Under the pieces are notes generated by a model. It ran no database searches and was not told where the DNA came from. It saw only the letters and a program-made list of their open reading frames with translations. Source: Mobula hypostoma (taxonomy: Eukaryota). From it: a stretch of 64,000 nt of DNA. The DNA is taken from contig NC_086098.1 of assembly GCF_963921235.1 (NCBI RefSeq), positions 220,224,001-220,288,000 of the forward strand. Direction: 5' to 3'. This document shows, piece by piece, positions 62,961-64,000 of this stretch (position 1 is its first letter; each line of letters opens with the position of its first letter). A program made the translations under genes and the position numbers.

Positions 62961-64000
62961 AACCTACGTGTACCCTTATCCACAGTATCAGTATCTATGG
63001 CGGAAAACTGAAGAACCAGTACTGAATCCGACACAAAATATCATGCTATATTTCTGGTATTGTTCCTTCATTTCCCATCACCAAATTCACCATTCATCTC
63101 CTCATGCTTGCAGTTTTCAAAGATTAACATCCAACATTAAAAATGTAAATATACATGTGAAAATAGAATTTACAAATCTGATGGAAGATTGTCAACATTT
63201 TAGTGCCAGGCTGCTTCCAGCTAAACATTGTTTTCTCCTACATATGCACATACCTGGTTGGATAGCCTACTGGATCTGCATACGGTCAGTGTAAAGGAAG
63301 CCCCTAATTGTGAAGTCTTGGTCTCAGAACCTCCGCAAGGATCAAGGATCAATTTTATTTATCAAATACACTTGCATTCACATATACATTTATATTTACA
63401 TTGCTGTGGTATGTTGGCACAACATGCAGCAAGAACAACAACATTCAACAATTATACAGATTATGCAGGAATGATATAAATAGAGTTAAAAGTACAGATA
63501 TGGAATAAAATGTGCATAAATACATAAATATCAATATGTATTTACAATTTAAAAAGCATTATAAAAGGTGTTTAAATTGTTTACAGTGCAGTGGCGTGAC
63601 TGAGGTAATAGATAGTAAAGCTAGACTAAAACATTTCCCTTCTGTTGCAGCTGTTATTAATATTAATGCTTCTGACTAAAAGATCATTATGTTTTAATTT
63701 GGCCCCTAAATCTGTGCAAGACAGGCCCTCAGGATTAGATTTCATTGGGTGTCTAACAATAAGGCCTAACACTATGCCAGTAAGTCACTGGCCCATGGTG
63801 TATGTGTGCCAGTCTGGGTCTTGTTCAGTTTAACATAGCTGAACATCGTCAATTCTGTTCCAAACAGGCAATGCCTCCGGCCTGTTAAATATTACAACAG
63901 AGGAGGCTCAGTGATCTGAGACACCAATCCATGCAATAGAAGAGGCAGGTCTGCAGATCTTTTATAACACCGTGACTGGACGTCCTTAAAGCCTGATTTA

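Noticed and set aside
1-64000. Strand bias of LINE insertions to infer a host transcription direction
   Set aside because: Rex1 and CR1 fragments occur in roughly equal numbers on both strands

Overview
Eukaryotic genomic DNA, AT-rich and dense in transposable elements. The HE1/V-SINE, CR1, Rex1 and Penelope repertoire points to a cartilaginous fish (ray or shark); that assignment is inference. No host protein-coding exon could be supported, so the window reads as a large intron or intergenic region. Best-preserved features: (1) a complete 4.38-kb Ty3/Gypsy LTR retrotransposon of CsRn1 type at 22334-26712, with 287-bp LTRs, ATGT TSD, tRNA-Trp PBS, CHCC Gag, a GGGAAAC -1 frameshift site with a 12-bp stem, and a pol broken by only two stop codons; (2) a full-length but decayed Passport-like Tc1 (DD34E) transposon at 59526-61181; (3) a palindromic mariner-derived MITE with five TIR copies at 62007-62618; (4) two tRNA-derived SINEs that share head and body but have unrelated tails; (5) Penelope-like elements (PLEs), including five short TSD-flanked fold-back insertions built from the hammerhead-ribozyme-bearing terminal repeat, in several of which the fold-back point sits at the predicted ribozyme cleavage site. 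The rest is 5'-truncated CR1 and Rex1-type LINE fragments (often nested), a 128-N assembly gap beside a (TG)n tract, and repeat-free islands that may be conserved non-coding elements. Boundaries of old LINE fragments are approximate (tens of bases). Family names come from motif recognition, not database searches.
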